From Eledone cirrhosa (taxonomy: Eukaryota), in the NCBI GenBank assembly GCA_964016885.1, contig OZ024743.1, forward strand, positions 206,770,001-206,834,000: a DNA stretch of 64,000 nucleotides. The letters are read 5' to 3'. Below are positions 40,301-55,700 of this stretch, in pieces. Under the pieces are notes generated by a model. It searched no databases. It had not been told where the DNA came from and was given only the letters and a program-made list of their open reading frames with translations. The translations under genes were made by a program, and so were the position numbers. Each line of letters begins with the position of its first letter. The stretch's first letter is position 1.

Positions 40301-43300
40301 GACTATGGTGTTGATACAGTGGGCTTACAGTAGTTGTGACTATGGTGTTGATACAGTGGTCTTACGGTAGTTGTGACTATGGTGTTGATAAAGGGGTCTT
40401 ACTGTAGTTGTGACTGTGGTGTTGATACAGTGTTCTTACAATAGTTGTAACTATGGTGTTGATACAGTGGTCTTACAGTAGTTATTACTATGGTGTTGAG
40501 ACAGTGGTCTTACAGTAGTTGTCACTATGGTGTTGATACAGTGGTCTTATGGCTATGGTGTTGATACAGTGGTCTTACGGTAGTTATGACTATGGTGTTG
40601 ATACAGTGGTCTTACTGTAGTTGTGACTGTGGTGTGGATACAGTGGTCTTACAGTAGTTGTGACTGTGGTGCTGATAGATTGGTCTTACAGTAGTTGTGA
40701 CTGTGGTGTTGATACAGTTGTCTTACAGTAGTTGTGACTATGGTGTTGATACAGTGGTCTTACACTAGTTGTGATTGTGGTGTTGATACAGTGGTCTTAC
40801 AGTAGTTGTGAGTGTGGTGTTGATACATTGGTCTTACAGTAGTTGTAACTGTGTTTTTGATACAGTGGTCTTACAGTAGTTGTGACTATAGTGTTGATAC
40901 AGTGGTTTTACAGTAGATGTGACTGTGGTGTTGATACAGTGGTCTTACAGTAGTTGTGACTGTGGTGTTGATACAGTGGTCTTACAGTTGTTGTGACTAC
41001 GGTGTTGAATCAGTTGTCTTACAGTAGTTGTGATTATGGTGTTGATACAGTGGTCTTATGACTATGGTGGTGATACAGTGGTCTTACAATAGTTGTGACT
41101 ATGGTGTTGATACAGTGGTCTTACAGTAGTTGTGACTATGGTGTTGATACAGTGTTCTTACAATAGTTGTAACTATGGTGTTGATACAGTGGTCTTACAG
41201 TAGTTATGACTATGGTGTTGATACAGTGGTCTTACAGTAGTTGTCACTATGGTGTTGATACAGTGGTCTTATGACTATGGTGTTGATACAGTGGTCTTAC
41301 GGTAGTTATGACTATGGTGTTGATACAGTGGTCTTACAGTAGTTGTGAATATGGTGTTGATACAGTGGTCTTACTGTAGTTGTGACTGTGGTGTTGATAC
41401 AGTGGTCTTACAGTAGTTGTGACTGTGGTGCTGATACATTGGTCTTACAGTAGTTGTGAGTGTGGTGTTGATACATTGGTCTTACAGTAGTTGTAACTGT
41501 GTTGTTGATACAGTGGTCTTACAGTAGTTGTGACTATAGTGTTGATACAGTGGTCTTACACTAGTTGTGACTATGGTGTTGATACAGTGGTCTTATGACT
41601 ATGGTGTTGATACAGTGGGCTTACAGTAGTTGTGACTATGGTGTTGATACAGTGGTCTTACAGTAGTTGTGACTATGGTGTTGATAAAGTGGTCTTACTG
41701 TAGTTGTGACTGTGGTGTTGATACAGTGTTCTTACAATAGTTGTAACTATGGTGTTGATACAGTGGTCTTACAGTAGTTATGACTATGGTGTTGATACAG
41801 TGGTCTTACAGTAGTTGTCACTATGGTGTTGATACAGTTGTCTTATGACTATGGTGTTGATACAGTGGTCTTACAGTAGTTGTGACTGTGGTGTTGATAC
41901 AGTGGTCTTACACTAGTTGTGACTGTGGTGTTGATACAGTGGTCTTAGAGTAGTTGTGACTGTGTTGTTGATACAGTGGTCTTACAGTAGTTGTGACTAT
42001 GGCTTTTATACAGTGGTCTTACAGTAGTTGTGACTATGGTGTTCATACAGTGGTATTACAGACGTTGTGACACTGGTGTTGATACAGTGGTTTTACAGTA
42101 GTTGTGACTATGGTGTTGATACAGTGGGCTTACAGTAGTTGTGACTATTGTGTTGATACAGTGGTCTTATGACTATGGTGTTGATACAGTGGCCTTACAG
42201 TAGTTGTGACTACGGTGTTGAATCAGTGGTCTTACAGTAGTTGTGTTTATGGTGTTGACACAGTGGTCTTACAGTAGTTGTGACTGTTGTGTTGATACAG
42301 TGGTCGTACAGTAGTTGTGGCTGTGGTGTTGATACAGTTATCTTACACTAGTTGTGACTGTGATGTTGATAGAGTGGTCTTACAGAAGTTATAACTGTGG
42401 TGTAGATACAGTGGTCTTACAGTAGTTGTGACTATGATGTTGATACAGTGGTCTTATGACTATGGTGTTGATACAGTGGTCTTACAGTAGTTGTGACGAT
42501 GGTGTTGATACAGTGGTCTTACAGTAGTTATGACTATGGTGTTGATACAGTGGTCTTACAGTAGTTGTCACTATGGTGTTGATACAGTGGTATTACAGAC
42601 GTTGTGACAATGGTGTTGATACAGTGGTCTTACAGTAGTTGTGACTATGGTGTTGATACAGTGGGCTTACAGTAGTTGTAACTATTGTGTTGATACAGTG
42701 GTCTTACAGACGTTGTAACTGTGGTGTTGATACAGTGGTCTTACAGTAGTTGTGACTACGGTGTTGAATCAGTGGCCTTACAGTAGTTGTGTTTATGGTG
42801 TTGATACAGTGGTCTTACAGTAGTTGTGACTGTTGTGTTGATACAGTGGTCTTACAGTAGTTGTGGCTGTGGTATTGATACAGTTATCTTACAGTAGTTG
42901 TGACTGTGATGTTGATAGAGTGGTCTTACAGAAGTTATAACTGTGGTGTTGATACAGTGTTCTTACATTAGTTGTGACTAAGGTGTAGATACAGTGGTCT
43001 TACACTAGTTGTGACTATGGTGTTGATACAGTGGTCTTATGACTATGGTGTTGATACAGTGGGCTTACAGTAGTTGTGACTATGGTGTTGATACAGTGGT
43101 CTTACAGTAGTTGTGACTATGGTGTTGATAAAGTGGTCTTACTGTAGTTGTGACTGTGGTGTTGATACAGTGTTCTTACAATAGTTGTAACTATGGTGTT
43201 GATACAGTGGTCTTACAGTAGTTATGACTATGGTGTTGATACAGTGGTCTTACAGTAGTTGTCACTATGGTGTTGATACAGTGGTCTTATGACTATGGTG

Positions 43301-46000
43301 TTGATACAGTGGTCTTACGGCAGTTATGACTATGGTGTTGATACAGTGGTCTTACAGTAGTTGTGAATATGGTGTTGATACAGTGGTCTTACTGTAGTTG
43401 TGACTGTGGTGTTGATACAGTGGTCTTATAGTAGTTGTGACTGTGGTGCTGATACAGTGGTCTTACAGTAGTTGTGACTGTGGTGTTGATAGAGTTGTCT
43501 TACAGTAGTTGTGACTATGGTGTTGATACAGTGGTCTTACACTAGTTGTGACTGTGGTGTTGATACAGTGGTCTTACAGTAGTTGTGAGTGTGGTGTTGA
43601 TACATTGGTCTTACAGTTGTTGTAACTGTGTTGTTGATACAGTGGTCTTACAGTAGTTGTGACTATAGTGTTGATACAGTGGTTTTACAGTAGATGTGAC
43701 TGTGGTGTTGATACAGTGGTCTTACAGTAGTTGTGACTGTGGTGTTGATACAGTGGTCTTACAGTTGTTGTGACTATAATGTTGATAGAGTGGTATTACA
43801 GACGTTGTGACTATGGTGTTGATACAGTTGTCTTACAGTAGTTGTGACTATGGTGTTCATACAGCTGTCTTGCAGTAGTTGTGACTATGGTGTTGATACA
43901 GTGGTCTTATAGACGTTGTGACTGTGGTGTTGATACAGTGGTCTTACAGTAGTTGTGACTACGGTGTTGAATCAGTTGTCTTACAGTAGTTGTGATTATG
44001 GTGTTGATACAGTGGTCTTATGACTATGTGTTGATACAGTGGTCTTATTCTAGTTACGACTATGGTGTTGATACAGTGTTCTTACAGTCGTTGTGACTAT
44101 GGTGTTGATACAGTGGTCTTACATTACTTATGACTATGGTGTTGATACAGTGGTCTTACTGTAGTTGTGACTGTGGTGTTGATACAGTGGTCTTACAATA
44201 GTTGTGACTACGGTGTTGATACAGTGCTCTTACTGTAGTTATGACTATGGTGTTGATACAGTGATCTTACAGTAGTTGTGACCGTGGTGCTGACACAGTG
44301 GTCTTACAGTAGTTGTGACTATGGTGTTGATACAGTGGTCTTACAGTAGTTGTGACTATGGTGTTGATACAGTGGTCTTATGACTATGGTGTTGATACAG
44401 TGGTCTTACAGTAGTTATGACTATGGTGTTGATACAGTGGTCTTACAGTAGTTGTGACTATGGTGTTGATACAGTGGTCTTATGACTATGGTGTTGATAC
44501 AGTGGTTTTACGGTAGTTATGACTATGGTGTTGATACAGTGGTCTTAGAGTAGTTGTGACTATGGTTTTGATACGGTTGTCTTAGAGTAGTTATGACTAT
44601 GCTGTTGATACAGTGGGGTTACAGTAGTTGTGACTGTGGTGTTGATACAGTGGTCTTAGAGTAGTTGTGACTGTGTTGTTGATACAGTGGTCTTACAGTA
44701 GTTGTGACTATGGCTTTTATACAGTGGTCTTACAGTAGTTGTGACTATGGTGTTGCTACAGTGGTATTAGATACGTTGTGACTATGGTGTTGATACAGTG
44801 GTCTTTCAGTACTTGTGACTATGGTGTTGATACAGTGGTCTTACAGACGTTGTGACTGTGGTGTTGATACAGTGGTCTTACATTAGTTGTGACTACGGTG
44901 TTGAATCCGTTGTCTTACAGTAGTTGTGATTATGGTGTTGATACAGTGGTCTTACAGTTGTAACTGTGTTGTTGATACAGTGGTCTTACAGTAGTTGTGA
45001 CTATAGTGTTGATACAGTGGTTTTGCAGTAGATGTGACTGTGGTGTTGATACAGTGGTCTTACACTAGTTGTGACTGTGGTGTTGATACAGTGGTCTTAC
45101 AGTTGTTGTGACTATAGTGTTGATACAGTGGTATTACAGACGTTGTGACTATGGTGTTGATACAGTTGTCTTACAGTAGTTATGACTATGGTGTTCATAC
45201 AGCTATCTTGCAGTAGTTGTGACTAAGGTGTTGATACAGTGGTCTTACAGACGTTGTGACTGTGGTGTTGATACAGTGGTCTTACAGTAGTTGTGACTAC
45301 GGTGTTGAATCAGTTGTCTTACAGTAGTTGTGATTATGGTGTTGATACAGTGGTCTTACAGTTGTGGCTGTGGTGTTGATACAGTGGTCTTACAGTTGTT
45401 GTGACTATAGTGTTGATACAGTCGTATTACAGACGTTATGACTATGGTGTTGATACAGTGGTCTTACGATAGTTATGACTATGGTGTTTATACAGTGGTC
45501 TTACAGTAGTTGTGACTATGGTGTTCATACAGTGGTATTACAGACGTTGTGACAATGGTGTTGATACAGTGGTCTTACAGTAGTTGTGACTATGGTGTTG
45601 ATACAGTGTGCTTACAGTAGTTGTGACTATTGTGTTGATACAGTGGTCTTACAGACGTTGTGACTGTGGTGTTGATACAGTGGTCTTACAGTAGTTGTGA
45701 CCACGGTGTTGAATCAGTGGTGTTACAGTAGTTGTGTTTATGGTGTTGATACAGTGGTCTTACAGTAGTTGTGACTGTTGTGTTGATACAGTGGTCTTAC
45801 AGTAGTTGTGGCTGTGGTGTTGATACAGTTATCTTACAGTAGTTGTGACTGTGATGTTGATAGAGTGGTCTTACAGAAGTTATAACTGTGGTGTTGATAC
45901 AGTGTTCTTACAGTAGTTGTGACTAAGGTGTAGATACAGTGGTCTTACACTAGTTGTGACTATGGTGTTGATACAGTGGTCTTATGACTATGGTGTTGAT
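37400..46000. repeat. Pair of related blocks 6783 bp apart (older, more diverged duplication)
   Basis: CGGTTGTCTT 37791/44574, ATTAGATACG 37983/44766, AATCCGTTG 38121/44904 and the chimeric ACAGTTGTAACTG 38171/44954 all give an offset of 6783. Confidence 0.8.
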
Positions 46001-46799
46001 ACAGTGGGCTTACACTAGTTGTGACTATGGTGTTGATACAGTGGTCTTACAGTAGTTGTGACTATGGTGTTGATAAAGTGGTCTTACTGTAGTTGTGACT
46101 GTGGTGTTGATACAGTGTTCTTACAATAGTTGTAACTATGGTGTTGATACAGTGGTCTTACAGTAGTTATGACTATGGTGTTGATAGAGTGGTCTTACAG
46201 TAGTTGTGAATATGGTGTTGATACAGTGGTCTTACTGTAGTTGTGACTGTGGTGTTGATACAGTGGTCTTACAGTAGTTGTGACTATGGTGCTGATACAG
46301 TGGTCTTACAGTAGTTGTGACTGTGGTGTTGATAGAGTTGTCTTACAGTAGTTGTGACTATGGTGTTCATACAGCTGTCTTGCAGTAGTTGTGACTATGG
46401 TGTTGATACAGTGGTCTTATAGACGTTGTGACTGTGGTGTTGATACAGTGGTCTTACAGTAGTTGTGACTACGGTGTTGAATCAGTTGTCTTACAGTAGT
46501 TGTGATTATGGTGTTGATACAGTGGTCTTATGACTATGGTGTTGATACAGTGGTCTTATTCTAGTTATGACTATGGTGTTGATACAGTGGTCTTACAGTA
46601 GTTGTGACTATGGTGTTGATACAGTGGTCTTACATTACTTATGACTATGGTGTTGATACAGTGGTCTTACGGTAGGTATGACTATGGTGTTCATACAGTG
46701 GTCTTACAGTAGTTGTGACTATGGTGTTGATACAGTGGTCTTACTGTAGTTGTGACTGTGGTGTTGATACAGTGGTCTTACAATAGTTGTGACTATGGT

Positions 46800-49700
46800 G
46801 TTGATACAGTGGTCTTACAGTAGTTATGACTATGGTGTTGATACAGTGGTCTTACAGTAGTTGTGACTATGGTGTTGGTACAGCTATCTTATGACTATGG
46901 TGTTGATACAGTGGTCTTACGGTAGTTATGACTATGGTGTTGATACAGTGATCTTACAGTAGTTGTGACCGTGGTGCTGACACAGTGGTCTTACAGTTGT
47001 GGCTGTGGTGTTGATACAGTGGTCTTACAGTAGTTGTGACTATGGTTTTGATACGGTGGTCTTAGAGTAGTTATGACTATGCTGTTGATACAGTGGGCTT
47101 ACAGTAGTTGTGACTGTGGTGTTGATACAGTGGTCTTAGAGTCGTTGTGACTGTGTTGTTGATACAGTGGTCTTACAGTAGTTGTGACTATGGCTTTTAT
47201 ACAGTGGTCTTACAGTAGTTGTGACTATGGTGTTGCTACAGTGGTATTAGATACGTTGTGACTATGGTGTTGATACAGTGGTCTTACAGTACTTGTGACT
47301 ATGGTGTTGATACAGTGGTCTTACAGACGTTGTGACTGTGGTGTTGATACAGTGGTCTTACATTAGTTGTGACTACGGTGTTGAATCCGTTGTCTTACAG
47401 TAGTTGTGATTATGGTGTTGATACAGTGGTCTTACAGTTGTGGCTGTGGTGTTGATACAGTGGTCTTACAGTAGTTGTGGCTGTGGTGTTGATATAGTGA
47501 TCTTACAGTAGTTGTGACTGTGATGTTGATACAGTGGTCTTACAGTAGTTATAACTGTGGGGTTGATACAGTGTTCTTACAGTAGTTGTGACTATGGTGT
47601 AGATACATTGGTCTTACAGTAGTTGTGACTATGGTGTTGATACAGTGGTCTTATGACTATGGTGTTGATACAGTGGTCTTACAGTAGTTGTGTCTATGTT
47701 GTTGATACAGTGGTGTTATGACTATGGTGTTGATACAGTGGTCTTACAGTAGTTGTGACTATGGTGTTGATACAGTGGTTTTATGACTATGGTGTTGATA
47801 CAGTGGTCTTACAGTAGTTGTGCCTATGGTGTTGATACAGTGGTCTTATGACTATGTTGTTGATACAGTGGTCTTACGGTAGTTATGACTATGGTGTTGA
47901 TACAGTGGTCTTACAGTAGTTGTGACTATGGTTTTGATACTGTGGTCTTAGAGTAGTTATGACTATGGTGTTGATACAGTGGTCTTACAGTAGTTGTGTC
48001 TATGTTGTTGATACAGTGGTCTTATGACTATGGTGTTGATACAGTGGTCTTACAGTAGTTGTGAATATGGTGTTGATACAGTGGTCTTACAGTAGTTGTG
48101 CCTATGGTGTTGATACAGTGGTCTTATGACTATGTTGTTGATACAGTGGTTTTACGGTAGTTATGACTATGGTGTTGATACATTGGTCTTACAGTAGTTG
48201 TGACTATGGTTTTGATACTGTGGTCTTAGAGTAGTTATGACTATGGTGTTGATACAGTGGTCTTACAGTAGTTGTGTCTATGTTGTTGATACAGTGGTCT
48301 TATGACTATGGTGTTGATACAGTGGTCTTACTGTAGTTGTGACTGTGGTGTTGATACAGTGGTCTTACAGTAGTTGTGACTGTGGTGCTGATACAGTGGT
48401 CTTACAGTAGTTGTGACTGTGGTGTTGATACAGTTGTCTTACACTAGTTGTGACTGTGGTGTTGATACAGTGGTCTTACAGTAGTTGTGAGTGTGGTGTT
48501 GATACATTGGTCTTACAGTAGTTGTAACTGTGTTGTTGATACAGTGGTCTTACAGTAGTTGTGACTATAGTGTTGATACAGTGGTTTTACAGTAGATGTG
48601 ACTGTGGTGTTGATACAGTGCTCTTACAGTAGTTGTGACTGTGGTGTTGATACAGTGGTCTTACAGTTGTTGTGACTATAATGTTGATACAGTGGTATTA
48701 CATACGTTGTGACTATGGTGTTGATACAGTTGTCTTACAGTAGTTGTGACTATGGTGTTCATACAGCTGTCTTGCAGTAGTTGTGACTATGGTGTTGATA
48801 CAGTGGTCTTATAGACGTTGTGACTGTGGTGTTGATACAGTGGTCTTACAGTAGTTGTGACTACGGTGTTGAATCAGTTGTCTTACAGTAGTTGTGATTA
48901 TGGTGTTGATACAGTGGTCTTATTCTAGTTATGACTATGGTGTTGATACCGTGGTCTTACAGTAGTTGTGACTATGGTGTTGATACAGTGGTCTTACATT
49001 ACTTATGACTATGGTGTTGATACAGTGGTCTTACCGTAGTTATGACTATGGTGTTCATACAGTGGTCTTACAGTAGTTGTGACTATGGTGTTGATACAGT
49101 GGTCTTATTGTAGTTGTGACTGTGGTGTTGATACAGTGGTCTTACAATAGTTGTGACTATGGTGTTGATACAGTGGTCTTACAGTAGTTATGACTATGGT
49201 GTTGATACAGTGGTCTTACAGTAGTTGTGACTATGGTGTTGGTACAGCGGTCTTATGACTATGGTGTTGATACAGTGGTCTTACGGTAGTTATGACTATC
49301 GTGTTGATACAGTGATCTTACAGTAGTTGTGACCGTGGTGCTGACACAGTGGTCTTACAGTAGTTGTGACTATGGTGTTGATACAGTGGTCTTACAATAG
49401 TTGTGACTATGGTGTTGATACAGTGGTCTTATGACTATGGTGTTGATACAGTGGTCTTACAGTAGTTATGACTATGGTATTGATACAGTGGTCTTACAGT
49501 AGTTGTGACTGTGGTGTTGATACAGTGGTCTTATGACTATGGTGTTGATACAGTGGTCTTACGGTAGTTATGACTATGGTGTTGATACAGTGGTCTTACA
49601 GTAGTTGTGACTATGGTTTTGATACGGTGGTCTTAGAGTAGTTATGACTATGCTGTTGATACAGTGGGCTTACAGTAGTTGTGACTGTGGTGTTGATACA

Positions 49701-52700
49701 GTGGTCTTAGAGTAGTTCTGACTGTGTTGTTGATACAGTGGTCTTACAGTAGTTGTGACTATGGCTTTTATACAGTGGTCTTACAGTAGTTGTGACTATG
49801 GTGTTGCTACAGTTGTATTAGATACGTTGTGACTATGGTGTTGATACAGTGGTCTTACAGTACTTGTGACTATGGAGTTGATACAGTGGTCTTACAGACG
49901 TTGTGACTGTGGTGTTGATACAGTGGTCTTACATTAGTTGTGACTACGGTGTTGAATCCGTTGTCTTACAGTAGTTGTGATTATGGTGTTGATACAGTGG
50001 TCTTACAGTAGTTATAACTGTGGGGTTGATACAGTGTTCTTACAGTAGTTGTGACTATGGTGTAGATACAGTGGTCTTTCAGTAGTTGTGACTATGGTGT
50101 TGATACAGTGGTCTTATGACTATGGTGTTGATACAGTGGTCATACAGTAGTTGTGTCTATGTTGTTGATACAGTGGTCTTATGACTATGGTGTTGATACA
50201 GTGGTCTTACGGTAGTTATGACTATGGTGTTGATACAGTGGTCTTACAGTAGTTGTGACTATGGTGTTGATACAGTGGTTTTATGACTATGGTGTTGATA
50301 CAGTGGTCTTACAGTAGTTGTGCCTATGGTGTTGATACAGTGGTCTTATGACTATGTTTTTGATACAGTGGTCTTACAGTAGTTGTGCCTATGGTGTTGA
50401 TACAGTGGTCTTATGACTATGTTGTTGATACAGTGGTCTTACGGTAGTTATGACTATGGTGTTGATACAGTGGTCTTACAGTAGTTGTGACTATGGTTTT
50501 GATACTGTGGTCTTAGAGTAGTTATGACTATGGTGTTGATACAGTGGTCTTACAGTAGTTGTGTCTATGTTGTTGATACAGTGGTCTTATGACTACTATG
50601 GTGTTGATACAGTGGTCTTACAGTAGTTGTGACTATGGTGTTGATACAGTGGTTTTATGACTATGGTGTTGATACAGTGGTCTTACAGTAGTTGTGCCTA
50701 TGGTGTTGATACAGTGGTCTTATGAATATGTTGTTGATACAGTGGTCTTACGGTAGTTATGACTATGGTGTTGATACAGTGGTCTTACAGTAGTTGTGAC
50801 TATGGTTTTGATACTGTGGTCTTAGAGTAGTTATGACTATGCTGTTGATACAGTGGGCTTACAGAAGTTGTGACTGTGGTGGTGATACAGTGGTCTTAGA
50901 GTAGTTGTGACTGTGTTGTTGATACAGTGGTCTTACAGTAGTTGTGACTATGGCTTTTATACAGTGGTCTTACAGTAGTTATGACTATGGTGTTGATACA
51001 GTGGTCTTACGATAGTTATGACTACGGTGTTTATACAGTGGTCTTACAGTAGTTGTGACTATGGTGTTCATACAGTGGTATTACAGACGTTGTGACAATG
51101 GTGTTGATACAGTGGTCTTACAGTAGTTGTGACTATGGTGTTGATGCAGTGGGCTTACATTAGTTGTGACTATTGTGTTGATACAGTGGTCTTACAGACG
51201 TTGTGACTGTGGTGTTGATACAGTGGTCTTTCAGTAGTTGTGACTACGGTGTTGAATCAGTGGTCTTACAGTAATTGTGACTGTTGTGTTGATACAGTGG
51301 TCTTACAGTAGTTGTGGCTGTGGTGTTGATACAGTTATCTTACAGTAGTTGTGACTGTGATTTTGATACAGTGGTCTTACAGTAGTTGTGTCTATGTTGT
51401 TGATACAGTGGTCTTATGACTATGGTGTTGATACAGTGGTCTTACGGTAGTTATAACTGTGGTGTTGATACATTGTTCTTACAGTAGTTGTGACTAAGGT
51501 GTAGATACAGTGGTCTTACAGTAGTTGTGACTATGGTGTTGATACAGTGGTCTTATGACTATGGAGTTGATACAGTGGGCTTACAGTAGTTATGACTATG
51601 GTGTTGATACAGTGGTCTTACAGTAGTTGTCACTATGGTGTTGATACAGTGGTCTTATGACTATGGTGTTGATACAGTGGTCTTACGGTAGTTATGACCA
51701 TGGTGTTGATACAGTGGTCTTACAGTAGTTGTGAATATAGTGTTGATACAGTGGTCTTACTGTAGTTGTGACTGTGGTGTTGATACAGTGGTCTTACAGT
51801 AGTTGTGACTATGGTTTTGATACGGTGGTCTTAGAGTAGTTATGACTATGCTGTTGATACAGTGGGCTTACAGTAGTTGTGACTGTGGTGTTGATACAGT
51901 GGTCTTAGAGTAGTTGTGACTATGGTGTTGATACAGTGGTCTTACAGTAGTTGTGACTATGGTGTTGGTACAGCTATCTTATGACTATGGTGTTGATACA
52001 GTGGTCTTACGGTAGTTATGACTATGGTGTTGATACAGTGATCTTACAGTAGTTGTGACCGTGGTGCTGACACAGTGGTCTTACAGTTGTGGCTGTGGTG
52101 TTGATACAGTGGTCTTACAGTAGTTGTGACTATGGTTTTGATACGGTGGTCTTAGAGTAGTTATGACTATGCTGTTGATACAGTGGGCTTACAGTAGTTG
52201 TGACTGTGGTGTTGATACAGTGGTCTTAGAGTAGTTGTGACTGTGTTGTTGATACAGTGGTCTTACAGTAGTTGTGACTATGGCTTTTATACAGTGGTCT
52301 TACAGTAGTTGTGACTATGGTGTTGCTACAGTGGTATTAGATACGTTGTGACTATGGTGTTGATACAGTGGTCTTACAGTACTTGTGACTATGGTGTTGA
52401 TACAGTGGTCTTACAGACGTTGTGACTGTGGTGTTGATACAGTGGTCTTACATTAGTTGTGACTACGGTGTTGAATCCGTTGTCTTACAGTAGTTGTGAT
52501 TATGGTGTTGATACAGTGGTCTTACAGTTGTGGCTGTGGTGTTGATACAGTGGTCTTACAGTAGTTGTGGCTGTGGTGTTGATATAGTGATCTTACAGTA
52601 GTTGTGACTGTGATGTTGATACAGTGGTCTTACAGTAGTTATAACTGTGGGGTTGATACAGTGTTCTTACAGTAGTTGTGACTATGGTGTAGATACATTG

Positions 52701-55700
52701 GTCTTACAGTAGTTGTGACTATGGTGTTGATACAGTGGTCTTATGACTATGGTGTTGATACAGTGGTCTTACAGTAGTTGTGTCTATGTTGTTGATACAG
52801 TGGTGTTATGACTATGGTGTTGATACAGTGGTCTTACAGTAGTTGTGACTATGGTGTTGATACAGTGGTTTTATGACTATGGTGTTGATACAGTGGTCTT
52901 ACAGTAGTTGTGCCTATGGTGTTGATACAGTGGTCTTATGACTATGTTGTTGATACAGTGGTCTTACGGTAGTTATGACTATGGTGTTGATACAGTGGTC
53001 TTACAGTAGTTGTGACTATGGTTTTGATACTGTGGTCTTAGAGTAGTTATGACTATGGTGTTGATACAGTGGTCTTACAGTAGTTGTGTCTATGTTGTTG
53101 ATACAGTGGTCTTATGACTATGGTGTTGATACAGTGGTCTTACAGTAGTTGTGAATATGGTGTTGATACAGTGGTCTTACAGTAGTTGTGCCTATGGTGT
53201 TGATACAGTGGTCTTATGACTATGTTGTTGATACAGTGGTTTTACGGTAGTTATGACTATGGTGTTGATACATTGGTCTTACAGTAGTTGTGACTATGGT
53301 TTTGATACTGTGGTCTTAGAGTAGTTATGACTATGGTGTTGATACAGTGGTCTTACAGTAGTTGTGTCTATGTTGTTGATACAGTGGTCTTATGACTATG
53401 GTGTTGATACAGTGGTCTTACAGTAGTTGTGAATATGGTGTTGATACAGTGGTCTTACTGTAGTTGTGACTGTGGTGTTGATACAGTGGTCTTACAGTAG
53501 TTGTGACTGTGGTGCTGATACAGTGGTCTTACAGTAGTTGTGACTGTGGTGTTGATACAGTTGTCTTACACTAGTTGTGACTGTGGTGTTGATACAGTGG
53601 TCTTACAGTAGTTGTGAGTGTGGTGTTGATACATTGGTCTTACAGTAGTTGTAACTGTGTTGTTGATACAGTGGTCTTACAGTAGTTGTGACTATAGTGT
53701 TGATACAGTAGTTTTACAGTAGATGTGACTGTGGTGTTGATACAGTGCTCTTACAGTAGTTGTGACTGTGGTGTTGATACAGTGGTCTTACAGTTGTTGT
53801 GACTATAATGTTGATACAGTGGTATTACATACGTTGTGACTATGGTGTTGATACAGTTGTCTTACAGTAGTTGTGACTATGGTGTTCATACAGCTGTCTT
53901 GCAGTAGTTGTGACTATGGTGTTGATACAGTGGTCTTATAGACGTTGTGACTGTGGTGTTGATACAGTGGTCTTACAGTAGTTGTGACTACGGTGTTGAA
54001 TCAGTTGTCTTACAGTAGTTGTGATTATGGTGTTGATACAGTGGTCTTATTCTAGTTATGACTATGGTGTTGATACAGTGGTCTTACAGTAGTTGTGACT
54101 ATGGTGTTGATACAGTGGTCTTACATTACTTATGACTATGGTGTTGATACAGTGGTCTTACCGTAGTTATGACTATGGTGTTCATACAGTGGTCTTACAG
54201 TAGTTGTGACTATGGTGTTGATACAGTGGTCTTATTGTAGTTGTGACTGTGGTGTTGATACAGTGGTCTTACAATAGTTGTGACTATGGTGTTGATACAG
54301 TGGTCTTACAGTAGTTATGACTATGGTGTTGATACAGTGGTCTTACAGTAGTTGTGACTATGGTGTTGGTACAGCGGTCTTATGACTATGGTGTTGATAC
54401 AGTGGTCTTACGGTAGTTATGACTATCGTGTTGATACAGTGATCTTACAGTAGTTGTGACCGTGGTGCTGACACAGTGGTCTTACAGTAGTTGTGACTAT
54501 GGTGTTGATACAGTGGTCTTACAATAGTTGTGACTATGGTGTTGATACAGTGGTCTTATGACTATGGTGTTGATACAGTGGTCTTACAGTAGTTATGACT
54601 ATGGTGTTGATACAGTGGTCTTACAGTAGTTGTGACTATGGTGTTGATACAGTGGTCTTATGACTATGGTGTTGATACAGTGGTCTTACGGTAGTTATGA
54701 CTATGGTGTTGATACAGTGGTCTTACAGTAGTTGTGACTATGGTTTTGATACGGTGGTCTTAGAGTAGTTATGACTATGCTGTTGATACAGTGGGCTTAC
54801 AGTAGTTGTGACTGTGGTGTTGATACAGTGGTCTTAGAGTAGTTCTGACTGTGTTGTTGATACAGTGGTCTTACAGTAGTTGTGACTATGGCTTTTATAC
54901 AGTGGTCTTACAGTAGTTGTGACTATGGTGTTGCTACAGTTGTATTAGATACGTTGTGACTATGGTGTTGATACAGTGGTCTTACAGTACTTGTGACTAT
55001 GGTGTTGATACAGTGGTCTTACAGACGTTGTGACTGTGGTGTTGATACAGTGGTCTTACATTAGTTGTGACTACGGTGTTGAATCCGTTGTCTTACAGTA
55101 GTTGTGATTATGGTGTTGATACAGTGGTCTTACAGTAGTTATAACTGTGGGGTTGATACAGTGTTCTTACAGTAGTTGTGACTATGGTGTAGATACAGTG
55201 GTCTTTCAGTAGTTGTGACTATGGTGTTGATACAGTGGTCTTATGACTATGGTGTTGATACAGTGGTCTTACAGTAGTTGTGTCTATGTTGTTGATACAG
55301 TGGTCTTATGACTATGGTGTTGATACAGTGGTCTTACGGTAGTTATGACTATGGTGTTGATACAGTGGTCTTACAGTAGTTGTGACTATGGTGTTGATAC
55401 AGTGGTTTTATGACTATGGTGTTGATACAGTGGTCTTACAGTAGTTGTGCCTATGGTGTTGATACAGTGGTCTTATGACTATGTTTTTGATACAGTGGTC
55501 TTACAGTAGTTGTGCCTATGGTGTTGATACAGTGGTCTTATGACTATGTTGTTGATACAGTGGTCTTACGGTAGTTATGACTATGGTGTTGATACAGTGG
55601 TCTTACAGTAGTTGTGACTATGGTTTTGATACTGTGGTCTTAGAGTAGTTATGACTATGGTGTTGATACAGTGGTCTTACAGTAGTTGTGTCTATGTTGT

